Below, piece after piece: positions 37,695-48,689 of a DNA stretch of 64,000 nucleotides. The position numbers were made by a program, and so were the translations under genes. Numbering within the stretch: the first letter of the stretch is position 1; each line of letters begins with the position of its first letter. The notes under the pieces were generated by a model. That model was not told the origin of the DNA and ran no database searches. It saw only the letters and a program-made list of their open reading frames with translations. Source of the DNA: Narcine bancroftii (Eukaryota); the NCBI RefSeq assembly GCF_036971445.1, contig NC_091481.1, positions 60,450,001 to 60,514,000 of the forward strand, read 5' to 3'.

Positions 37695-38358
37695 CAACTC
37701 CCCTGCACTTACCCTTCACTCCCTATACCTGATTCCCTTGCACTTACCCATTCTCCTTATACCTGACTCCCTTGCACTTACCCTTCACTCCCTATACCTG
37801 ACTCCCCTGCACTTACCCTTCACTCCCTATACCTGACTCCCTTGCACTTACCCATTCTCTCCTTATACCTGACTCCCCTGCACTTACCCTTCACTCCCTA
37901 TACCTGACTCCCCTGCACTTACCCTTCACTCCCTATACCTGACTCCCTTGCACTTACCCTTCTCTCCCTATACCTGACTCCCTTGCACTTACCCATCACT
38001 CCCTATACCCAACTCCCCTGCACTTACCCTTCACTCCCTATACCTGACTCCCCTGCACTTACCCTTCACTCCCTATACCTGACTCCCTTGCACTTACCCT
38101 TCTCTCCCTATATCTGACTCCCTTGCACTTACCCATTCTCTCCTTATACCTGACTCCCTTGCACTTACCCATTCTCTTCTTATACCTGACTCCCCTGCAC
38201 TTACCCTTCACTCCCTATACCTGACTCCCTTGCACTTACCCTTCTCTCCCTATACCTGACTCCCTTGCACTTACCCATTCTCTCCTTATACCTGACTCCC
38301 TTGCACTTACCCTTCACTCCCTATACCTGACTCCCTTGCACTTACCCATCTCTCCCCG
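37695..38358. repeat. Minisatellite, 35-bp unit, about 19 copies
   Basis: Unit ctccc[c/t]tgcacttaccc[ttca/attct/ttct]...cc[c/t]tatacctga; head-to-tail, no spacers. Confidence 0.95.
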
Positions 38359-41300
38359 TAGACTTCTTTGCAGTTTAAATGTCTGATAATCTTTTTGCAT
38401 ATATTCAATCACTTCTCTTCCACAGCTTTCTAGCATATAGAATCCCAGATTCACAATTTTCTAGGAGAAAAGCATTGTGACTTAAATGGTCATTCCTTTT
38501 TTGTGAAACTATCTTCCTAGTTCCAGGAAAGTGTCCATCCTTCAACCTTACCACAGAATATTATGTTTGAATGAGATCATCTCTTATTCTCCTAAACTTC
38601 CATAAATATCAACTAAATCTTTCTTCAACTTATTCACCCCAGGTCCCAGCCTACTGGCCTTTGTCTCTTTCTTCCCTCGGATAGTGGTGTTACACTTGCT
38701 TTCTAGTTTTATGGGACTTCTCTAAGGACCTTTGTTAGATTATGAACAACATGTCCACCATTTCTGCAGCCACTCACTCCCTTTATGACCATCAGGTCCA
38801 GGAGACTTGTCGGCCTTTGGCCGTTTCAAATGGTAGATACCCTCAGGACTCAAATGCTCTAAAATTCTGTAGAAAACCAAATGAAGACTTCATTACGCAC
38901 TTGAATTAAAACAGAAACTGGAATATTTTGTTAAATGTATATAAATTCCATTTATTTGTTCAAGGCACAAATGCAAATAGCTTTGCAGAAGCCAGAAAGA
39001 TTGTTCAGCAATAATAATAATGCAGGATAATGAAAAACTCAGTTATACACTAGTCAAGGAGTAACATTTTAATATATTTCCAGGCATAATATGTCGCTGA
39101 AATTCACCAATTGTGAATGACCAAAGCTCATGGAGGGAAACTGCTGATAAACATTTCTGGATTTCTTGTTAAGGAATTGTTGAGCAGCAAAGTTCACCCA
39201 TGCTTATCATTCAAAGTTCAAGCTGAGATACATTGTGCCTTTGACCTTTTATAACAGTCTTCTGGACTCAAATTATATAACTATAATGTTTACCCAACCA
39301 ATAACTCCTCTCCTTCATTTATTATAAATCCAACCAGACGATTATGGGAATATGAGATTAGGGACATGATAGTGAATCCAGAAAGAATGGCATCAACTTG
39401 AGAGTGAAATACAGAAGTGTGCAGACGCTGTGGATGTAGTAAAACACACAAATGCTGGAGGTCTCGCAGTGTCCATAGGCAGTGAAAATATATTACCAAT
39501 GTTTCGGGGCCTGTGCCCTTCTTCAAGGTATAAGCAGAAAACAGGAAGGCATCTGAATAAAGACTGGAGCGAGAAAGAGGGATGAGACCAGGCCAACAAA
39601 AGGTGTTAATTGAATATGAGAGGTGAGAATTGATTTTGACTCTTTGAAAGGAGACAGAAGGGGGAGAGAGAGAGTTGGGGAGAGGTGATGGGGGTTTAAA
39701 GGAAACATGAAGTCGACGTTAATGCCATCAGGGTGTCCAGACAGAAGATGTTCCTCAACTTGAGGCATTATCAGGTTGCTTCGAATGTCTGAAGTTATTT
39801 AAAGCAAACAAGTTTCACTTCAACATACTTGACTACTCGATGTCAGCAACTAGTATCCTGAATAGTATTTGTCTGCAGAACGGACCAACTTTAACTATTG
39901 AACTTTAGAAGAGATTCATAAAGCAGGAAGCAGATGTAGCTGTGGCACACACTGGCCACTGGATAGAGACTTCAAATCTCTTCTGCTCAGAAGGTTGGAA
40001 AACACAGCTCCTCAAGGATGCACCAGCTTCAAGCTACATTCATGTCAGTAATCAATTGCTCCAGATCTTTGATCTATTTCTTAATTTTGAATTCACTCAA
40101 CATTAGATTGGCATCATGCTTGCCACAGGGCCTGTGCTGTACCGTTCTAAGTTCTAACTGCTACCATGGCCTCTGGGTTTCAAAGACACAACCCAAAGTT
40201 AATAAATTGCCCCTCCTCTCAGCCCAAAGTGTCTTGGGACAATGCCTCTGGTTCCAAACTCTCCACTTGGAGAAAGGTGCCTGTCACCATCCACCTTGTC
40301 AATCTCTCTCAGAATAAAACCTCCTGTTATTCTTTTGAGTACCAGTTCCTGAACTTAATCTCTCCTCATCAGATAATTTCTGGAGCAAACATGGAAATGG
40401 AGGAACTTGCAGCAGATCCAATGTAAAGGACACTAAGAACTGCACAAGTGCTACCCTCCTCAGTAACATTCAATATGATGTTAAATGCACTCAGTAAAAT
40501 GATAAGCAGATCGGTCTGTGTCTCCTGCCTTGCCTTTATTTCAAGGGAAGGCAGAATACCAACCCAACAAGGCACAAGCTGTTCAGACAATTCCAGTTTT
40601 AATATTTTTGTACATTCAACTCTATCTCTCTCTGAGGCTGATAATGTGCCCATGAATAGCCCTTTACGTTGGATAATATTGATGCACATCCTTGGCAGAT
40701 CTAAATTTCAGCCTCTGGCAAATTAGTTAAGAGGCTATTTTTAATCATTGATTAATTACTTGGTACAATAGGGGTATTCATCTTATTTCCAAAGTATCCA
40801 TTATTCTCAATTTAAAGCCTTCCTTCTCACAGCTAACACTTTTTCCTTGCTGAAGTGGTGTTTTGGCATGGTTTCAGTTAGTGACAGGGCAAGAAGGGAT
40901 CTGTCCTTGTGTGCTGTTGGCATTCAGTGGTGTCGCATTTTTGATGGTGGCCGAGGAACTTGTATCAAGATCCCTTGTATCAAAAAGTCGGCCTTTTGAC
41001 AATTTTGTTTGGATCTTCCAGGTGGTGTAGGTTAATTGGGTGTAAATTGGGCAGCATGGACTTGCAGGCCAAAATGGCCCATTTTGTACTGTATGTCTAA
41101 TTTTTTTTTATCAGTTAGAAACCGGGCCACACTCTTGTGACTAATTCATCATGAGCTGTGCTTCAGACACATTAATGTGCAGTTGGCAATGTGCTCATAT
41201 GAATCAGGAATTAAGGGTTCAGGTCTGGATCCAGGGATTTGAGTGGTTGGACTGGTTTGTTTACTTATTCTCCTTAAGTTGAGATTTCTCCCTTGCAATC

Positions 41301-41593
41301 TTGCAGAGGGATAACATTAAGTTTTCTCTACAATCCACCCTTCTCTTATACTTAATCCAAGAAAGAGGTTGCCATACACCACCACGAAGAATGCTAGTTA
41401 GCTGCTTGGATGACCCCATTAATAGGACAGAGATAGAACCTTTAATGTCTACCTGCAAGCTTTATGTTAAAGATTCCCTCCTCTTTTGAATAAAGGATAG
41501 AATGCACTGGTATTTTACAAAAAAATTGAAAAGGGGCTCATGAAGATTTCAGAAGGGAAGTTGTACCATCCAAATGGTTGAATTCCGTGGTGC

Positions 41594-41895
41594 CTATTCC
41601 AGTGTCTTATTCTTCACTGAGATCATGTGACTCGGGTCAGCTCTGTTGAACCATTCCACCCACGAACCATCGTAGATCATCACATCCTTCTTCTCACAGA
41701 GGTGGGCAGCCAGAGCAATGTGGCAGGCCGTGACCCCGGAGCCGCAGGTCCCCACCAGTGGTCTGGACAGGTTGACTTTATGCTCTTCAAAGATGCGCTG
41801 CAGATCCTTCTCACTCTTGATCTTTAGGGTGTCTGAATTTAAAAATTCTCTGAAAGGAATATTGACACTGCCAGGGATGTGACCAGGTTCTATAC
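41594..41895 (-). CDS. MPST: 3-mercaptopyruvate sulfurtransferase, coding exon 2 (catalytic rhodanese domain)
   Basis: tctag|GT ATA gives GIEPGHIPGSVNIPF...TCGSGVTACH...YDGSWVEW; CGSGVT is the MPST-type loop (TST has CRKGVT). Confidence 0.9.
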
Positions 41896-42090
41896 CTAGA
41901 GAAAAAAAGAGGACAAATTTTCCCATGCAAAACATTGCACACGTTCGAAATTTTAAATAAGTAAGAGCAAATTCTGGAAGGTTTAGCAGATTAACCAGCA
42001 GTAAAAGGGGAATTAGTTCTTCATTCTAATACTTCATCTTAGGATAAACTCATTTTCATGGACCTGTACTGTGGAGCTACGGTTAATATA

Positions 42091-42287
42091 CAGTAAAATC
42101 CCTGGTATCTGGCATCTATAGGGATGAGTAGATGCCAGATAAGTGAATTTCCCGATTGTTTGAGACTGCGTGTTACGTGAATGGAGAACTAACGGCGAGG
42201 CATGCCAATTTTAAACTCCTATTTACCTATTTATTTTCCGCTTTTTTTTGCCGGTTGCTTGAAATCTTGATAACAGGGATTTTATTG
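42091..42287. mobile_element. Short Tigger-like MITE
   Basis: TA-CAGTAAAATCCCTGGTATC ... GATAACAGGGATTTTATTG-TA. Confidence 0.7.
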
Positions 42288-43029
42288 TATCGAGTGATTT
42301 TTCATATTGTCCAACTTACAATTTTGTCTGCAAATTTAAATTTACAGACAAAATCAACTTATATTCACCTGTAACGACGGAAATTGTTCGTTATCTGGAC
42401 CTGTAGTCATCAAAGGAGAATCTGACTCCATTTTCCAGATTTGTTCAGACTTATAGTTTATTTAAGCCCTTTCACTTGTTGATGTGTGCATAAATTGGCT
42501 GGATTGATGGAATGGAGAGTGTATTTACACTGAGGATAGGCCACGCACAGATCAACAAAATCTGCACCTCAATTGATTTCTCCTGATCCGGAGACCCAAA
42601 GAAATAATTATGCTTTTTCAGAAAAAAAGAGAAACCCATCTGTACAAACAAACCAAGCCATATTATTATGACTCTGTCACTATTTATTGATACAGCAGAA
42701 TTCCAGTTCCTGGTTAAAACATTCCAGAATTCAATTATGGGAAACAGTATCTTCAGACACTTGACTGTAAAAATCCCTTGGTGCAAAAAAATCTCCAGCA
42801 GAATTTTTCAAATATTTCCACTGATTAGAGATAAATAAGGCAAAATAACCACACAAAACTCCAAATTATCCATGTGGTTGACCTTGAATATAGGATTACA
42901 CTGAATCAATATGGATATTGATCAATTTAGAGTTTATCACAAATCAAATCACCAACCCCACTCATGGTCAGTCGGTAGGTTCAGTTAAGCAGAACTTAAA
43001 TAGTCCTCATGGAAAAGTGGTGGATAGAA

Positions 43030-45245
43030 TCAAGTTCAAGTTTATTATCATCTGATTGTATATACAACTCAACAAAGCGGCATTCTATGGTCCTCAGAAC
43101 TAAAACATGCAAACTTACAGACAAAACACATACAAATACATATTCAATATGTATATACATCTATATGGAGAAGGGTTCAGAGAGCTCATTGCTGTATCTG
43201 ACCCGACCTTGTTGGTTTTCGTGCAGTTGGATAATCATGTTGAGGAACTTTGGGGGACATCCGATGCGCTCTAGTATTTGCCAAAGCCCTTTCCTGCTCA
43301 CGGTGTCGAAGGCTTTGGTGAGGTCAACAAAGGTGATGTAGAGTCCTTTGTTTTGTTCTCTACACTTTTCTTGGAGCTGTCTGAGGGCAAAGACCATGTC
43401 AGTGGTTCCTCTGTTAGCGCGAAAGCCGCACTGTGATTCTGGGAGAATATTCTCAGCGACACTAGGTATTATTCTATTTAGTAGAATCCTAGCGAAGATT
43501 TTGCCTGCAATGGAGAGCAACGTGATTCCCCTGTAGTTTGAGCAGTCTGATTTCTCGCCTTTGTTTTTGTACAGGGTGATGATGGTGGCATCACGAAGAT
43601 CCTGAGGCAGTTTACCTTGGTCCCAACAAAGCTTGAAAAACTCTGTGTGTTCTCGCACCAACCCTCTTTTCAATCTTCTTCAGCATGATGCTGAACAAAG
43701 CCATGAAAGACCCCAACAATGAAGACGCTGTTTACATCCGGTACCGCACGGATGGCAGTCTCTTCAATCTGAGGCGCCTTCAAGCTCACACCAAGACACA
43801 AGAGAAACTTGTCCGTGAACTACTCTTTGCAGATGATGCCGCTTTAGTTGCCCATTCAGAGCCAGCTCTTCAGCGCTTGACGTCCTGCTTTGCGGAAACT
43901 GCCAAAATGTTTGGCCTGGAAGTCAGCCTGAAGAAAACTGAGGTCCTCCATCAGCCAGCTCCCCACCATGACTACCAGCCCCCCCACATCTCCATCGGGC
44001 ACACAAAACTCAAAACGGTCAACCAGTTTACCTATCTCGGCTGCACCATTTCATCAGATGCAAGGATCGACAATGAGATAGACAACAGACTCGCCAAGGC
44101 AAATAGCGCCTTTGGAAGACTACACAAAAGAGTCTGGAAAAACAACCAACTGAAAAACCTCACAAAGATAAGCGTATACAGAGCCGTTGTCATACCCACA
44201 CTCCTGTTCGGCTCCGAATCATGGGTCCTCTACCGGCACCACCTACGGCCCCTAGAACGCTTCCACCAGCGTTGTCTCCGCTCCATCCTCAACATCCATT
44301 GGAGCGCTCACACCCCTAACGTCGAGGTACTCGAGATGGCAGAGGTCGACAGCATCGAGTCCACGCTGCTGAAGATCCAGCTGCGCTGGATGGGTCACGT
44401 CTGCAGAATGGAGGACCATCGCCTTCCCAAGATCGTATTATATGGCGAGCTCTCCACTGGCCACCGTGACAGAGGTGCACCAAAGAAAAGGTACAAGGAC
44501 TGCCTAAAGAAATCTCTTGGTGCCTGCCACATTGACCACCGCCAGTGGGCTGATAACGCCTCAAACCGTGCATCTTGGCGCCTCACAGTTTGGCGGGCAG
44601 CAGCGTCCTTTGAAGAAGACCGCAGAGCCCACCTCACTGACAAAAGGCAAAGGAGGAAAAACCCAACACCCAACCCCAACCAACCAATTTTCCCTTGCAA
44701 CCGCTGCAATCGTGTCTGCCTGTCCCGCATCGGACTGGTCAGCCACAAACGAGCCTGCAGCTGACGTGGACTTTTTACCCCCTCCATAAATCTTCGTCCG
44801 CGAAGCCAAGCCAAAGAAAAGAATACATCTATAAATAAATATTGTTATAGTCATACTAGAGTTTCAAAGGGTTCGGCATTCTCACTGCCCGTGGGAAGAA
44901 GCTGTTTCTCAGCCTGGTGGTGCTGGCTCTGATCCTCCTGTATCTCTTTCTGGACAGGAGCAGCTGGAAGATGCCGTGTGCAGGGTGAGAGGGATCCTCA
45001 ACGATTTTGCTGGTGGATCACGTTAATGGAGGGGAGGGAGACCCCAGCGATCCTCTCTGCCACTCTTATGGTCATGTGGATTGACCTCCAATCCATTTCT
45101 CTGCAGTAACTGTGCACACTGAGATGAGGCGGGCGGGACTTTCTGGATAGAGCTCCTATAAAATGTCTTGCCCACCTCAGTCTTCTCAGGAAGTGCAATC
45201 ACTGTTGCACCTTCCTGACAAGTGAGGAGATGTTGTTTGTCCAGG
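43030..45245 (-). mobile_element. Rex1/Babar-like fragment hosting the RTE insertion
   Basis: Tail (caagttcaagtttatt) at 43030 and HFLRRLR...IRVAERIAGVSLP at 44.85-45.24 kb flank the RTE. Confidence 0.7.
43166..44822 (+). mobile_element. Young RTE-clade (BovB-like) LINE, 5'-truncated with inverted 5' segment
   Basis: + ORF 43685-44764 (LLFADD RT core, C-terminal zinc finger); upstream RT part NYRGITLLS...FVDLTKAFDTV is on - at 43166-43643; 11-bp TSD ATACATCTATA. Confidence 0.92.
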
Positions 45246-46053
45246 ATAGGAAAATGGTTGATGATTTTGGAATTTATCAGGATTTAGTGTCTGTTCCAGG
45301 TGGTAATTGAAATCCACCACCAAAGCAATGATAAGGAACAGTTTATTTACTTAATATACAATAGCCTCAGCTGTTGTATATATAACATACCTTACATCTT
45401 TTAGTTATGCCTGGCAGCCTGTGCATCTCTAGCAGTTACTACAATCACGGGCATAGTCTGGGGCATCCGTCACAAACCCAGCAACCCCCCCCCCCCACCG
45501 CATCCTGCTTGAGGCTGTCACCACAGGAACGAGATTGAGAATGGTCCTTGCCACCCAAGACAAGTATAATTTTTGCTGAAGACTGTATGCTTCAGATAGG
45601 AGAAACATAGAAAGAATCCTTCTGCCAGAGAGGCATAGAAAGTGCACTAGTCTCAAATGTCAGGAGTTAAGACAGGTTAAAGACTCACAGATCAAACAGA
45701 CCTCTTCAAGTAAGCACCAGAAAAATGATCAGGAAACGGAAGATACTACAAGATCTTAATGTTCAGAAAGTATTGTCTGTCAGGTAGTAAATGCAAAATA
45801 AATCAGATGAAGAGTGCAGCAGACGTAGAAATTAAAGCACAAAATAAGCAGCCAAGAGCAGCAATGATGCTTGGGGACCCAGATATTTGATTTCCCAACA
45901 AGTCAAGATCCAGTTAATTAAGACCATCAAACCTTGCTCAAAAGTAATTCCCAGTTAATTTCAAGCAATTTTTTTTTCCAAAATTCCAAATGAACACCAA
46001 ACAAATTAAATTCCCCAAATGGCCTGATGGGTTTTGAACCTAGTTGCTGGTAG

Positions 46054-47216
46054 CACTGGACAACAAGGATTTTTGCTTCCTGAACACTTTTGAGTGTATT
46101 CTGTGAATTTTTACCTGCTGCTCACAAAAACCACCTTCAAGTTTTCCCACCGCATTCTGATTTTTAGATACAACCTATTTTTGTGATTTCCTCTCATATT
46201 TCTTCTCTGCTGATCTTGGTGCAGTCAGTGACGAACATGGTGAAAGGTTTCACCAAAGCCGTTTTCAGGTGCTCGGACGCAGATAATGCGCCGGCAGACG
46301 CGGCTGGGGGAGGGCAGCAGCTGGGACATTCAGGTGGCCACGGAGAAGACGCCTTTCTGTCACCGAAACGTGCCGGCTGAAGGAGAGCCGCGTCCGAGCG
46401 AACGCCGGGCTCCTGTGGACTGTCTGTGTCCTGTGAGCAGATTTAGGAAACTCACTTCTGTACCCAGAAACACTTCATTGATCTCAACCCTTGACACGCA
46501 CCCAACAGGGAGACCGCAGAAAGCAAAGGATAGCGAAATAGACTATTTTTTAAAGAAAATACAAACTTTGAAGTGCTGTCTGGCACCGCGGGTGGGAAAA
46601 TTGTGACAGCTGCTAATTAATTGCAAGCCTCTGTATTGCATACATCAGTGTACTTCTGTTAGTGTGGCAATGTTAGATGGCCATTACTAAGGTAAGTAAA
46701 TCAAATTACATTGTAGAGAGTTAATAATTTCTTGACTGTTTTTCTAATTGCATTGAAAAGTCTTGTATGTATGTGCACCATTCTTAGACCCCAGGTTTCT
46801 GTAGTCACTGATACGTTCGCGTTCAGGTGCAATGGGGGGGATGCACCCAGCCGGAGAATATACCACCCCGAGGAGGGTGAGGTAAGCGCTCCTCGGGGCC
46901 GGGTTTCTCCACTTTCAGGTGGCCACGCATTGGGGTAGAATAGACGGCTTTACACTCTGGCCACCTGAAAGCGGCCCAAGACTTTGCGACCATGGAAAAG
47001 CGGTATCAGGGCAACTTCAACCCACCAATGCTGGCCTGCGAAACATTTTTAGGTCAGTTTGTGTCTGCATCGTTTGCGATTAAACATGCCAAGTTCAGTT
47101 CAAGTTTCTCCAACTTCCTATGTGATACAGCAAATCTAAAATTATCTTTGTGTTCAGCTTTAAGTTGTGTATCATAATAGCTATTTTTTTCAGGAAACAA
47201 AAATTGTTGTCCAGTG
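46054..47216 (+). mobile_element. Chapaev3-like non-autonomous element with TIRs
   Basis: CACTGGACAACAA ... TTGTTGTCCAGTG termini; residual GAVSDEHGERFH and MEKRYQGNFNPPMLA. Confidence 0.7.
46257..46976. mobile_element. PIF/Harbinger-like MITE nested in the Chapaev element
   Basis: TIRs AGCCGTTTTCAGGTG / CACCTGAAAGCGGCC; 3-bp TSD CAA; interrupts the host exactly at the HGERFHQD codons. Confidence 0.65.
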
Positions 47217-47335
47217 TTATAGAACCAAAAACGTAGGTTGATGCTTTAGTGTTTAGTGCATCAAAACACGAGGTGCAGTAAGCTCAGGTTGCAAAGGTTT
47301 TCTCTGTCAATAATGATTGGAAAGAGTTGAGAAAC

Positions 47336-47915
47336 CTGGTCTGATCTCGGGTTCGCTGCCTTGGAACCTGCCAGAAGTTCTGGCATCCACCAGCTGGAAC
47401 TCCTTGCTGTCAATGTTGGCCAGGACCTGCTCGAAGCTCTTGACCCAGTTCTGGGGCTGCGGCTGGAAACAAACGGCGGGCGGCGGCTGCAGCTCGGCGG
47501 TGACCGGCAGACCTTGGCTCATCCAGTGCTTCAGCCCCCCGTCCAGCACCGACACCTGACGGTGGCCGAAGGCCCGGAACATCCACCAGACCCGCGGCGA
47601 GCTGAACATGCCCCAGTCGCTGGCGTCGTAGACCACGACGTGGCTGAGGTTGGCGACGCCCAGGGCGCTGGCGTACCGGCCGAAGTGCTCGGCCGGCGGC
47701 ATCATGTGGTCGTAGGGCGAGGAGCTGTCGCTGCACTCGTCCAGGTCGAAGAAAGCGGCGCCCGGGATGTGCCGCTCCTCGAACTCCTTCCTGCCGTCGC
47801 GCAGCATGGCTGGCAAGTACCAGGAGCAGTCCAGCACCCGCAGAGCCCCCGCTCTGGCCGTGTGGATGGCCTGGGCCAGCCAAGCTGCAGACACCACGCT
47901 CTGTATCCCCGCCAT
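47336..47915 (-). CDS. MPST: 3-mercaptopyruvate sulfurtransferase, coding exon 1 (293 aa total)
   Basis: gacATGG gives MAGIQSVVSAAWLA...LDCSWYLP...HIPGAAFFDLD...SPRVWWMFRAFGH...VLDGGL...LVDARTSGRFQGSEPE; phase-1 donor CAG|gtttct. Confidence 0.92.
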
Positions 47916-48300
47916 GTCTCCGTCTCCGGCCCCCTGTGCGTCAGCCAGCGCTGAAGCAACCCTTCCCCCACCCTCTCCCCGCGGCCAATCAACCGGTGTG
48001 TACGGACACAGCGCTGGAGAAACTCCGTCGGACAAGTGTCAGCAAAGGGAAAATACAGAGCCGACCTGGCTGCCGAAAGGGACACGGAGTCGGTCTGCAC
48101 AGGTTCGTTTCTTGTCACATCGACGCAGAGAGAGATAAAAGCCGAAAGTCTGCAGACACCATGCTTGGACAGTTTTAGAAACGCTGCAAGGACTCAGCCG
48201 CTCCCGCACCGTCCCGAGAAGGGAAAGACATATTACCGTCGGTTCATGCCTGACCCTTCAAGGAATAAGCAAAGAAACGGAATTTGGGCGGGGCGAGCGG
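47916..48300 (-). promoter_or_regulatory. MPST CpG-island promoter / 5' region
   Basis: CpG-rich; CCAAT near 47985; GC box gggcgggg near 48286. Confidence 0.55.
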
Positions 48301-48689
48301 ACCTTCTCATAGTTGTATATGATGAGAGAGTAGACGAGAGGAATTGGAAGTTCTTAACCCTTGCCATTGCTGACCCCTCTAGGAGGACTGGTTCATGGTC
48401 TCCTGATTTCGCTTCCTGAAGCTCCTTGGGTTTTTCACACTCCCTCTTGTAGCTTCTTCATAGCTGTCTTGATTCGACCCAAGATCAATTGTAGATGGCA
48501 ATTGATATGTGCAGAGCCTCACAGCTACGGGCCATTGGTGGATAGCAAGTAGAGCCTGTGTTGATCATCAGTGAGAAGGAGATCATTGTTTCCAATTCAT
48601 ACCGACTGTGATCTTCCAATGAAGAAAAGGATCCAGTTGCAAAGCGAGGTGCAGAAGCCCAGGTTTTGGAGCTTGTCGATCTGAACCAA

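Noticed and set aside
37695-38358. CRISPR-like array (35-bp periodicity)
   Set aside because: Units are head-to-tail with no unique spacers, there are no cas genes and the context is vertebrate; it is a minisatellite.
40369-40726. Overlapping 92-106 aa ORFs downstream of MPST
   Set aside because: No domain or convincing splice context; probably 3'UTR or intergenic DNA with SINE remnants.
41594-47915. Calling the gene TST (rhodanese)
   Set aside because: The active-site loop is CGSGVT and the linker reads IEPGHIPG, both MPST-type.
47361-47954. 197-aa + strand ORF and alternative-frame ORFs
   Set aside because: Antisense or out-of-frame shadows of the GC-rich MPST exon 1.
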